DNA of 64,000 bases from Octopus vulgaris (Eukaryota): contig OX597827.1 of NCBI GenBank assembly GCA_951406725.2, forward strand, positions 49,724,001 to 49,788,000. Direction: 5' to 3'. The notes below the pieces were generated by a model. The model saw nothing but the letters and a program-made list of their open reading frames with translations. It had not been told where the DNA came from and did no database searches. Position numbers and translations under genes: made by a program. Positions 50,566 to 63,204 of the stretch are shown one piece after another (within the stretch, counting starts at the first letter, position 1; each line of letters opens with the position of its first letter).

Positions 50566-51795
50566 AAGTCAGGTCCGATGTATGCAGCATCGGATCCTGC
50601 TACTGGTAAACTGTATATATTTGTACTTTGGTTGGATGGTGTCAGGTCAAGTCCGATGTATGCAGCATCGGATCTTACTGCTGGTAAACTGTAAACCAGT
50701 ACAACCTGTGTCAGTGGGGTAGAAAGGGCTCCTTAGCCGTAGTGAAGAAGGTGATAACTGGAGAATGAATCAACCAGGACAAACCAGTGTGTGTATGTGT
50801 AATTGTACGGGGGACTTGCAACACACCACTAGGAGAAGTAAGTCCACGCTGAACTGAGGATCCTGTTAAGATACTAGTAGTCTGGCTGGTGATACAAGAA
50901 AAATAACTTGTCGAAAGTATGCCTAATTCCGCAATTAATGTAATATTCACCATATTTGCTTTGCATGGGATAATCATGTTTTTCAATTCCATTTCTATTT
51001 TGCACTCAATTGTGATAGTTAAATATTTCATGGAACATTAAACAATAGATTTGCTTTTACTTTTTACGATTCTTAAATCGTATCTTGAATGAAATATACT
51101 TGTGTAGCAGTTTTTCCCTTCATTCGAACCACCTCGCTCAAATTTCTTGTTTAGAACCACATCCTAATTACATTGCCGTAAAAGCATAATTCCTTGAACT
51201 TAATTATATTGTCAAAGTTTTTATAAGCGAATACCAAATTCTACTGCGTTAGCAGTGCAATTTACATTATTTTGTTAGGGTTATTTCTACGGATATTCTA
51301 TAGAAATTATAGCCAGTCCTGATTTTTTGCCACGTTTCGTATACGAAACGTCAGATGAAAAATGGGTAATGGGCATATATTTCGTGGGGTTTTGCTCCTT
51401 CATCAGCATCCATCTAACCCATTAATCATCCTCAAACACCTTGCTTAAATTGCCACCACAGATAGCAAGTATATGAAGGTAAAAGGAAATCACCTCAGTG
51501 ATAGCATCTCTAAGTTGTCGTCCGCGTGATATTTTTTTAACAGTTCGCTAACTGATAAAAATTTTCTTTTATGAACTGGTATACATTCAGATAAAGTGTT
51601 TTCAGCCTGTTATGAAAATTGACAATGAATAATTTAAAATGTAATAGAGAGGTTTCTTATATATATTTGGAAATTCACTTGACCGGTTTCAAATTTTTAA
51701 AGATTGTCAAAAGTAAAATGTAAAGCTTTGTATAAGCTTGTTGTGTTAAGTACTGTTTGTCACAAAAGTATTAAAATGCATATATACATCTTTTG

Positions 51796-52075
51796 ATAAT
51801 AAGAAAATGTTAAAAACAGTTTACAAGAAAGTATTTAAGAAAGTATTCAACAAAAACTATTAGGAGTTCAATAAAAATCATGTTTGTTTGGTAGTATATA
51901 TATACACAAAAGGAGGTATATTAAAGAATTTTTTAAAAAATGCCGAAAAGATTGGTCGGTTCCATTCCTTCCGTGTATATATATATACTACCAAACAAAC
52001 ATGATTTTTATTGAACTCCTAATAGTTTTTGTTGAATACTTTCTTGTAAACTGTTTTTAACATTTTCTTATTATT
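51796..52075. repeat. Near-perfect inverted repeat, arms about 105 bp with a spacer of about 60 bp
   Basis: 51796-51908 is the reverse complement of 51972-52075 apart from a small duplication. Confidence 0.88.
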
Positions 52076-52951
52076 GGAGAGGAATGTTTGCTATTTTAAG
52101 GGACAGGTTGGGGAATTAAAAGGAATTTTTTGTTTCTGGGATACTCTGTCATGGTTCAGTGGTTTTTGGGATAGGTCTCAGAGGTCTGGACCGTTTTTGA
52201 TTGGTTCCAAAGTTTATTGTGGCGTGTGTATATGGGTCTGTGTGTGTTTTATATTTGGTAGGATGGTGTGTGTATATGTGTGTACGTTTGTGTTTGTGTG
52301 TATGTGTGTGATTAATATTTGTTAGTGCGTTGTGTGTGCGCATGTATGTGTATGTGTTTGTTCACGTGTGTGTATGTGTGCGTCTGTGGATACGTGTGTA
52401 TGTTTATGTGTTTTGTGTTGGTGGCGATGTTATATGTGTGTACCTGAGTGTGTGTGTGCCTCTGTCTTAGTATGTTTGTGTTGTTATAAAGGTCCTGGTG
52501 GTGTGTGTGTGTATATGAGTGTGATTGGTATTTGTCAGGGTGTTGTGTGTGCGCATGCGTGTGTATGTGTTTGTTCGCGTGTGTGTGTGTGTGCGTGTGT
52601 GCGTGTGTTTATCTTTGTGTATTTTATGTTGGTGGGATGTTATGTGTGTTAAGTTCGCTTAAAGAGAATAACAAGCTACATAATGCAAAATTTTTACTTT
52701 TCAAAAATTCCAATTCTAAAGGGTTGAAATAAACCCGAACAACGCCGGGCGATACTCCAAGTTATATATAAAACATATAACAGTAAATCGAAATATGATA
52801 TATATACATTAAATAAGATGCAATAAGCATATAAAATCAAGGGAAACAACTCGTGTCAAATTGAAAATAACGAAAATAAATACCAAAGGCAAGTAACTCT
52901 TATATTTATATTAAGTGCAAATATACATACATACATACATACATACATACA

Positions 52952-52997
<46 letters not shown>

Positions 52998-53090
52998 CAC
53001 ACACAAAGATTTTGAACTGAACCGTAACTAATCTCCATATTTTCTGATAACTATGCATATAAGTCTATGAGTATATGTACGCATATGGGC

Positions 53091-53170
<80 letters not shown>

Positions 53171-53324
53171 ATATGTATATATATTATATATATTATATAT
53201 ATATATTTTATATATATTATATATACAGGATGCGTGGTGTTCAAACATATGATAACATAAATAATATATATATATATGCATATATACATACGTATATGTG
53301 CATACATCTATACATATATGTATA

Positions 53325-53360
<36 letters not shown>

Positions 53361-53366
53361 TGTATG

Positions 53367-53419
<53 letters not shown>

Positions 53420-53503
53420 GGAAAGTTTACGAAAATAAAAGACGAAGGCAGGTGGAGTAAAAACAAACAATTGCATTAGTATAGCGCCCAGGAATAGAAA
53501 AAG

Positions 53504-53541
53504 TCTTTTACGTTTCGAGCCTACGCTCTTCGACAGAAAGA
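53504..53541 (-). ncRNA. Minimal hammerhead-like motif with variant core CUGUCGA
   Basis: tcttt-CTGTCGA-a-gagc(gtag)gctc-GAAA-cg-TA|aaaga, inside a ~185-bp element flanked by (TA)n on both sides. Confidence 0.6.
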
Positions 53542-53602
53542 TACACAGAAAAAAACAAGGAGAGAAAAAAATGCGTGTGTAGCTAGCGATCTATCATGGC
53601 AT

Positions 53603-53681
<79 letters not shown>

Positions 53682-53938
53682 GTGGGCACAGGACGTCATG
53701 AAACGTGTACAACCAAAAAGTACGAAGTACGTGTACATGGAACATGAATTATTCTTTCGAACAACGAAAGACACAAATGGAAAACAAAACAAACAACATA
53801 AATAACGGCCCTTCATCAGTTGTTGGCTGTTTTGTTTTCCATTTGTGTCTTTCATTGTTCGAAAGAATAGTTCATGTTCCATGTACTCATGCTTCGTACT
53901 TTTTGTTGTACACGTTTCGTGACGTCCTGTGCCCACAT
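53682..53938. repeat. Fold-back inverted repeat next to (TA)n
   Basis: gtgggcacaggacgtca...aaaacaaaaca is mirrored by tgttttgttttcc...gacgtcctgtgcccac, with a central spacer of about 20-35 nt. Confidence 0.9.
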
Positions 53939-54153
53939 AATATAATAATGAGTGTAGTGTTTTTATATATTTGTATATATACATATTTGTCCAAAATCAC
54001 GCAGTAGGAGAGAGTAGGAGAAAGAGTAGTATAAGCGAAGGGAGAGGAGAGAAAATAGTAATTCAGTGAAGAAGTAGTGAGAGTAATAGCCATGACTCAG
54101 AGGGAGTGAGAATAGCAATGAGAGAGAGGAAGTAGCAAAGAGAGCGTCGTGTA

Positions 54154-55371
54154 TCTTCTACTATAAGGACACTCTTGTGTTTTTCTCCGTCACAACATAT
54201 GAATGTGAAAGAAGGGGTAATAGATGAATAAGGAAGGGGTAAAAAAAATCAAACAATGTTTCAACTTAGTGTGAGTATATGTGTGTGTATGTAAAAAGGA
54301 GGGATGTGAATGTTTGTTTGCGTGTGTATGTGTATGTGTGTGTGTAATGGAAATGGGATGGTGAACATTCAACGTTGAAAAGAAAAATCAAACAACATTT
54401 CAACTCTGTGTAAGTATATGTGTGTGCGTGTACAAGGGAAGTATGTGAAAGTTTGTGTGTGTGAACCAGCGTTCTTTCGTAACAAACCATGATCGATGTA
54501 ACACCACAAAAGACAACCACAAGATAACATTGACAAGTGTATTAATTTGATTTACCATCCATATTCTGTTATGTTAAAAGTAATTATTATAATCACACAC
54601 ACCTATACAAACTCATTAGAGAAAATAAATACGTGTATTTATATTAAGAAATTTTTACCCAGTGTTCTTTCAGTAACTACACATAAACCAGCGTTATTTC
54701 AGTAATTAACGATGATCGATGTCACACCGCAAAATACAACCACTAGATAGCATTGAGAAGTGTATTAATTTGATTTATCATCCATATTCTATGTGTTGTG
54801 TTACAAATAATTATTACAATCACTCACATCTACAAAAAAAAAAAAAAAAAACATATACAAACTCATTAGAGAAAATAATTATTGCCTGGGTGTATCAAGA
54901 ATATAAAATGACTGCAGTTGAAAGGTATATTATAAATACACATTTAGCAGTTCATACATGTGCCTAATTTATTTATATTAAGAAATGCATGTAATAAATT
55001 TTGAATAGGGAGTTTTTATAACATCAGCTATAAGTCACGGACTGCTTTTTGTGGCTTTAAGTCATATGAGTTTAGGTTGGTTTCTGTAATGGAGAGCGCA
55101 ATTGATAGGAAACGTTGCTGCGAAAAAGTTGGTATTTATTTGCCAGTTCCCATATTTAGTCACAGCCAGCTTTATGTGGCCTTAAGTTGTATAAGAAGGA
55201 AGGAATACTCAAAAATTATTACATATAAAGCAGTCATGGGATTGCGGACAGATTTTCCACAAAAAAATTTGGAAATAAAAGAATTATTAAACTAAAAACT
55301 TGGTTTTGTACCTTATTTATATATAAAATATTACAATTAGCCGCCATTTTTGACGGCACGGAGCCAGCTAG
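54154..55371 (+). mobile_element. Internally deleted Helitron with a RepHel helicase C-terminal remnant
   Basis: A|TCTTCTACTATAA 5' end, KVGIYLPVPIFSHSQLYVALS (PIF1-type helicase motif) at about 55120-55190, and a 3' hairpin followed by CTAG|T at 55368-55372. Confidence 0.75.
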
Positions 55372-56035
55372 TTTTTTTTCTATAATACCCACTTCTTGCA
55401 TATTTCAATAAATCCAAATAATATATTATAAAATACGCACGCTTGGACTGAATAGAAGAAATATTTATAAAAAGTAGCCTACAAATTTAACCTACCCAAG
55501 TACAAAGATTAACATTTCTGAAAAGCAACCAAATAATTAATAGAACAATGGTTCCCTAGAGACAAATATTCTGATCAACAACATTTACACCTACTTAAAT
55601 CCTCTTGTGAACATTAAAACTTTAGATTAACAAATTTTCAATACTATAACACTATGACATCCAAATATAAACAAGTGAAAAACCCTAAATAATACTAGCC
55701 GGCCAAAAAAGTAAAACTTACCATCGTCTTACATTCTTCAGTGAAACTTTAAATACTCATTACCTAAAAGCTGACATACCTAGTGAACACACCTAGTTAC
55801 AGAGGTTTAAATATAGGCCTGAGCTCTGGAATTTAACCTTCATATTCTCAAAACAAAGGATTAAATATCCCATTGATATCCAAACGAGAGCTAAGCAGAG
55901 TGGCAAATCTGCTGACCAACAACTTATATTCTTTTGTGAACCCCTTTGAGCTGAAAGTACAAAGTTCTACATGCATGAAGAAATTCTAAACAAATAACAG
56001 GTGCCCATATTTAATCAATAAAACTCCCACATAAT

Positions 56036-56266
56036 ACCTATTTCTTTACTAACCACAAGCGGCTAAACACAGAGGGGACAAACAAGGACAGACGAACGGA
56101 TTAAGTCGATTATATCGACCCCAATGCGTAACTGGTACTTAATTTATCGACCCCGAAAGGATGAAAGGCAAAGTCGACCTCGGCGGAATTTGAACCCAGA
56201 ACGCACCGGGAGACGAAATACCACAAAGCATTTCGCCCGGTGTGCTAACGTTTCTGCCAGCTCGCA
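56036..56266 (-). mobile_element. SINE family A copy
   Basis: Full match with a probable TSD, cataatacct. Confidence 0.88.
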
Positions 56267-56924
56267 TAATACCTTACCATCATAACCTACTATACAACCT
56301 AATTACCATCCAACAAAATTCAGCTTAGCCTGGAAAAGTTTTAACTGAACAGAGGCTGTATAAAAAAAAGATTAGCTCAAATACATTACAGTCCGATGAG
56401 GGCTTAGTCGGCAGAAAATTCGAAATCACTGTCGATACTATTCTTCTTAAAGGTTAATAAATTTGTACTCTACCCAATGGATTGAAAAATCTTTCAATTT
56501 AACGTAAAATTGTTTGATAACGAACAAGATCGCTTGTCTCTTTTCTTTTCCCCACCCTTAACATGCTCACTAACCCTGAAGCAATAAATCTTTTGAACGC
56601 CCTACCCGCTAACTAACCTCTTAATGTCTTCCCCGTTTTCCAGACCAGCCTTGGCTGGAATCAGGTTCGGTTCGCCACTGCGGTAAAGTGGGTTTCTTTT
56701 TGGTTATGATGTAATGTACTCATTAATCTATTAAAGAAAACCGTTGGAAACAGCTGTAGTGAAGTGACGCGTATCCATCGTTTGTTATCTGTTCGAATTG
56801 TTCATAATACTCCTCACTGGAATCCCGATCCGTCAGATATTCTGGAGCATACTAAACACCGTACGACCAATATAACGTACACTTTTGGATTAGCCCTTAG
56901 GCTATTAAAATACCCATTTCCTGT

Positions 56925-57132
56925 ATACATCATCATCCTTATCATCATCATCATCATCATCATCATCGTTTAGCGTCCGCTTTCCATGCTGGCATGGGTT
57001 GGACGGTGCAACTGGGGTCTGGGAAGCCAGAAGGCTGCACCAGGCCCAGTCTGATCTGGCAATGTTTCTATGGCTGGATGCCCTTCCTAACGCCATAACC
57101 TTCCTAACACCAGGATGCCCTTCCTAACGCCA
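56925..57132 (-). mobile_element. SINE family D 3' part
   Basis: Nearly identical to 27655-27795. Confidence 0.82.
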
Positions 57133-57461
57133 ATATACATAACATGAATATTTCACTGGATGTTCTTCGGTACCTATGATATTTATTTAATTAAAAGTGC
57201 TGTTTACAAGTTAATTCGACCCAACCTGGTGCCTATCATTAAGTACTTGATTCATCTGAATCCTTAATATTGCCCATACATACATACATACATACATACA
57301 TACATACATACATACATACATACATACATACATACATACATACATACATACATACATACATAGAGTTAATCCAAACAAGAAAGCACAAAAAACACAACAA
57401 CGCGAGGACGTGGAACAAATATAGTATTATTGGACGCTCAGGAAAGAAGGAAAGAAGGAGG

Positions 57462-57496
57462 GTTTTACGTTTCGAGCGTAGCTCTTCGTCGGAAAC
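57462..57496 (-). ncRNA. Minimal hammerhead-like motif with variant core CCGACGA
   Basis: gttt-CCGACGA-a-gagc(tac)gctc-GAAA-cg-TA|aaac, in a ~190-bp element between (CATA)n arrays. Confidence 0.65.
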
Positions 57497-57591
57497 ATAG
57501 GAGAAGGAAAGATCCAGAGAAGGGAAGACAGAGGAAAAAAATCGCCAACGGTACACACATACATGCATGCATGCATATATACATACATACA

Positions 57592-57624
<33 letters not shown>

Positions 57625-58209
57625 GCATACATACATACATACATACATACATGCATACATACATACATATACATACATGTGTAAAGTATATACATACGTA
57701 TACATATATACATACATACATATACATACATGTGTAAAGTGTATACATACGTATAACATATATTTAAATATAACATGCATACACACAAACACGCAGACAG
57801 GCACGACCACATACTTCATAATTATCCAGTCAGACAATCTAATTAAAACAATTACCACCATCAGCACCACCACACCAACATTCGACCAAACAATGCATTA
57901 TAGATAAAAATGAGAGATGCCAAATGCATGATTTTCTTCATTTCTTTGTTTCCAATAAACAGTTCAATAGTGAGCATACGTTTCAATTGTCTGCAAAACT
58001 GGCAACATAAGAAAATATAATGTATCAACGTGAGTGTGTAAACAAATCTAAAAAGTTTTCCGGAACAACAATATATTACTGAGGAAATGCCAAGTATTGC
58101 AACGTCTCTAACTTCTATACAATACGTATATTGATACCTACGTATATAAACACATAAATCTACACATGCATAGACACACAACTATTTGTATACATATATC
58201 TGAGCGCGC

Positions 58210-58250
<41 letters not shown>

Positions 58251-58742
58251 AATGTCTCGCTAGCTTAACATCGAATGATGCTTGTAAACGAATATCATTT
58301 ATAAACAAGCGGTGTCGATCATTTCCATTTTTCTACGGGACAATATTATCTTACTTAGAATCAGGCGAACTTTGGCGAATGAAAGAGCATCCGGTCGAAG
58401 AAAATCTGCCACAACGAATTCCACCTGCCCTGTGCAAGCAAGGAAAAAGGACACTAAAACGAAGCCAGCATAGATATGTATAAAGAAGTGTATATCCAGG
58501 TTAAGATAAATGGTAATTAGATCTAATAGTAAAAAATAAATATATACAAATACGTACGGACACACTCAAACACAGACAGACACACACACACATACACAGA
58601 GGGTAAGTGAGGGTTATGTTTGTCGTATTCGAGGCTTCGGTGAAGCTATAAAGTCTTACTCAGGTACTGCTGCATTTCGCAGCAGAAACAGCCGTAAGCC
58701 AATGAAGCTCATAAGACAATCGTTTATTCCTTTGTCATCTCA

Positions 58743-58779
<37 letters not shown>

Positions 58780-59139
58780 TTTACTTAAGCCAAAAAATCT
58801 TCACAAATATTTACTCAGAGTTTCACGTTACCGTTCATCGGACAGTTTTGATCATACTTAAATAAAAATTGTGAAGGTACATGTAATATGATATGATGTA
58901 ATATAATGTAGTCATTACAATTCAATGAATAAGCCATTGAATTTGATTCAGTGACTGATTAAAAAAAAATATTTGGTGTAGTTGGGCCTGCCAGAGGGGA
59001 TAAAAGTCAACGGTAAATAAGTGATGATCAAAGCGAAAAAAAAAAAACCTTGTATAAAAGTGAGTGAAAATGGACGGAATATATCCAGAAAAATGAGAAT
59101 TGATCTGTTCATCTCAATCACAGATTTTTTCATTAATTT

Positions 59140-59839
59140 TTTTTTTAACTAAACACTTTGAAACTTCGAATACTGGTAGAATTTCTCGCGTAGAACACGG
59201 TTTACTCTGAACGTTTTTGATAAAATTTCGTATTTTAGAAGTTATTTCGTGTTAAAGTTGTCATATTTGGGTAATTTTAACCAATCAATGACGTGTATTT
59301 AGCTGAAGAAATAAATGTACTGCTGTTTGTGGAAGAGCAACACCCTCCGGGTCATCTCTATTAAATGCATTTGGATATTTTTACTTACTGCCAGTGATTA
59401 TTTTCACCACTGTTCTATTTTAGTTTTGTTTACGTGCCTGCGTTAATTTCGGTCTTTATTTTCACCAAGTTTTGTTTACTTGCCTGCGTTAATTTTGGGG
59501 TTTATTTTTAGTTAGGGTTAGGGTTAGGGTTAGGGGTGGGGGAAGGGTATCTTTTTTTCTTCAGAAATGTAAATAAACCCAATCTGTTACTTAAACGAGG
59601 AACATATTCATACGGCACAGAATGTTTTTTTACTTCAATGGACGTCATTGATTGGTTGAAATTGCAGAAATTGAAGAAGAAAAAAAACCCATCAAATATC
59701 TTACAAACTATAGAATTTTCTCAATAAAGCCAAGAGAAAAAGATGTTTTATAAACACATTCTACCAGTATACGAAGTTTAAAAGTGTTTAGTTACGTGGA
59801 AATTATTTGAAAAAACTGCCGTTCAAACCGAAAATTTCC
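59140..59839. mobile_element. Composite or variant copy of the telomere-repeat MITE
   Basis: 59505-59839 matches copy 3, including the TTAGGG repeats and TIR. 59148-59300 is a diverged inverted arm. No TSD found. Confidence 0.75.
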
Positions 59840-60194
59840 AGCGAGGAAATAACCTCTACACCTGCTACCAGCCCAATAATAAAGAAAAACAAACATAGGA
59901 ATAGGAAAACTATCTGGCATTTTTGACGACACGAGTATACTAGTAGACTATAAGATATTTGAAATACTCTGCTGCTAAACACTTTATAATTCTCTTTCTT
60001 TGGTTTTTTTCTGTCTACCTCTTACTTCAACCATTTAAGCATGTCATTCTCCTCTTCAATTCATTATCAATTCTCTCTTTTCTCTTCCATTTCACCTCTC
60101 ACTTCCACTAACCACGTCACCATGGAATGCATCGGCTGTTAATAACGTCACTACTCTCCTCTCTCTTTATTTCTATGCCTCTCACTCTCATTAT

Positions 60195-60212
60195 TTTCTT
60201 TCTTTCTTTCCT

Positions 60213-60260
<48 letters not shown>

Positions 60261-60365
60261 TCCTTCTTTCCTTCTTTCTTCCTTCCTTTCTTTCTTTCTT
60301 TTTTTCCTTCTTTCTTTCTTTCTTTCTTTCTTTTCTTTCTTCCTTTCTTTCATTCTTTCTTTCAT

Positions 60366-60421
<56 letters not shown>

Positions 60422-60423
60422 TC
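60195..60423. repeat. (TTTC)n microsatellite
   Basis: Directly visible. Confidence 0.97.
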
Positions 60424-60677
60424 ACCTCACCACCAGAACATCGCCGCTCTGCTAAACACTATTTCTAACGCTCTTTCTCTACATTACTTTTCTTCAACTA
60501 ACTTTTTCATTACGTAATAAATATTACCTTATCCCACCTCACGTCTTTAGAACTTCTCCCTCCCTCTGTCTCGCTCTTCGCTTTTCCCTTCCGTTAAAAT
60601 CGTGATAGCGTAAATCTTAGTGTATTAATATATAGACAACATATATATTTCTATGCACACACACCCAGGTGCACACG

Positions 60678-60730
<53 letters not shown>

Positions 60731-60878
60731 AGGGTCTAAAGTCGCGAAAAGGTATGAAATTTTAATAAAATATTCTTTACTTTCTTATTTGTTTGAATGT
60801 GATTTTTCCCACCTAGCTTACATATATTTCCTATACATACATACATACATACATACATACATACATACATACATACAT

Positions 60879-60957
<79 letters not shown>

Positions 60958-60968
<11 letters not shown>

Positions 60969-61150
60969 TAAATTAGAGACAAAGCCACTATTAGGCAAAT
61001 CATACAATGAAAACCTTAAGCCAATACATAAGATTATTTAATTTATATTATTTAAATATATAATAAAATTATTAATCTTATGTATTGGCTTAAGTTTTTC
61101 ATTGTATGATTTGCCTAATAGTGGTTTTGTCTCTAATTTAATATAATATA
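60958..61150. repeat. Near-perfect ~190-bp palindrome between (TA)n arrays
   Basis: attaaattagagacaaa.ccactattaggcaaatcatacaatgaaa... is mirrored by ...tttcattgtatgatttgcctaatagtgg.tttgtctctaatttaat, centred near tttaaa at 61051-61056. Confidence 0.9.
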
Positions 61151-61217
61151 ATATTTTACTATAAAATTGGATTCAATCCTAAATCTGATTTTTCCCTGTA
61201 AGTTTGAATTTATTCCC

Positions 61218-61275
<58 letters not shown>

Positions 61276-61717
61276 TAAAAACGGTAAGATAACAGAAGAA
61301 AGAAAGAGACCTCAATATTATGTAAATAGAGGAAATTTATCTGTAAATTAAAATATATATATGATGGGAGGTATCGTAAATTCAAAATTCAAAAGAATTG
61401 AGACCTGCTTGACTTTTGGTCACCCAAAGGATTGTCAGAAAAGAATAACCAGAGAGAGGGGGAGAGAGAGAGGGAGAGAGAGAGGGAGAGAAGGTGAATG
61501 GAAAGCAGGGAAGCAGACAGTGAGATAGAAAGAGAGAGAAGTGGTTATAGAGAGAAAGAGAGAGTAACAAATTGACAATTAAGTAACAAAGATGTATGGA
61601 GAACAAGTTGATGATGCCAGAAGAAGATATGTGAGAAGATTGGAAGTCAAAGAGATTCTCGCTTCATCCTCCCCCATCATTTTATGCAGGAAGTGACTTA
61701 TTACTATCAAGAGACCA

Positions 61718-62378
61718 TATATATGTACGTATGTATGTATGTATGTATGTATGTATGTATGTATGTATGTATGTATGTATGTATGTATGTACGTACGTAC
61801 GTATGTATGTATGTATGTATGTATGTATGTATATATGTATGTATGTATGTATATATGAATGTATGTACGTATGTATGCATGTATGTACGTATGTATGTAT
61901 GTATGTATGTATGTATGTATGTATGTACGTATGTATGAATGTATGTATGTATGTATGTATGTATATATGTATGTACGTATGTATATATGAATGTATGTAC
62001 GTATGTATGTATGTACGTATGTATGTATGTATGTACGTATGTATGTACGTATGTATGTATGTACGTATGTATGTATGTATGTATGTATGTATGTATGTAT
62101 GTATGTATGAATGTATGTACGTACGTATGTATGTATGTATGTATGTATGTATGTATGTATGTATGTACATATGTATGAATGTATGTATGTATGAATGTCT
62201 GTATGTATGTACGTGTGTATGTATGTATGTATGCATGTATGTACGCGTATGTACATATATATACTACTATATGTGTGTATACACACACACATATATACAT
62301 ACATACATACATACATACATACATACATACATACATACATACACGCATGCATACATACATACATACATACATACATAC
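61718..62378. repeat. Long (TATG)n array that flips to (CATA)n at about 62270
   Basis: Directly visible. Confidence 0.95.
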
Positions 62379-62759
62379 CTATATTTGTATTTCGACACAG
62401 CATGTCGCTGTGGGTGCAACTATTCGCATTTTTAGAGACATAGAACACACACACACACATGCCTACATAGCCACCCTCATTCTACCCTGCATAAAACTAG
62501 GTTACCAGACACAGCCGAGTAGCGAGCCGGAATACAGAGCATTCTCTTCGCTGATGTAATATTAGCAGCAGCAGTAGCTGTAATGGTAAGGTCGTGGGGG
62601 TTGTAGTGGTAGTAGCGATAGTGGTGTAGTTTAGTGCGAAGATTACGGCGGAATTCTTGATTACGGAGTGTGTGGGTGCGTTGTTGGACGTGGGCCCGCG
62701 AGCTGTGACTAACAGTAGCAGTAGTGGCTGCTGCAGCAGCAACAGCAATAGTAGTACTT

Positions 62760-62835
<76 letters not shown>

Positions 62836-63204
62836 CAACAATGTAGGCTTGCAGTGGCAGCAATTTTGAGCCCTAGGCCAGCCAAGTCCGGGCAGTCCCT
62901 TAATTTTAGAAGTATCGTGTCTAAGTTTGTGGGACATGATTTGAAGGAGACTTGGCTGCTATCTCAGGTGACTATATAGAGGCCATCGAAGTTAAATTAT
63001 CAAAAAAAAAATTATTATAATATTAGTCATTAAATTAATGTCTTTTCCTCACCACATGTGTTTTTTCTAATTATTTAATATTCATTATGTTGACACTTGG
63101 CGGCTAAACAGATTTTCGTCCAACAGTAAGGAAATTGCACTTATAGTGCTGAGAACTTCATGGCTACCATTTTATATCGACGCTTATGCTCCTTTCATAT
63201 CACT

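Noticed and set aside
56388-56435. acagt-CCGATGA-gggc...ttc-GAAA-tc-actgt hammerhead-like string
   Set aside because: Stem I pairs but stem III is missing and stem II is weak. It is too degenerate to call, though it may be a relic.
61579-62460. Long ORFs of 200-290 aa made of YIHT/MYVC repeats, with similar ones at 32.5-33.1k, 41.6-42.0k, 53k and 57k
   Set aside because: They are translations of (TATG)n, (TA)n and (CA)n microsatellites that happen to lack stop codons.
62477-62937. Poly-Thr and poly-Leu ORFs as coding exons of the zinc-finger gene
   Set aside because: They are driven by a (TAG)n repeat, and neither frame matches the phase of the acceptor at 44745 through the candidate donor.
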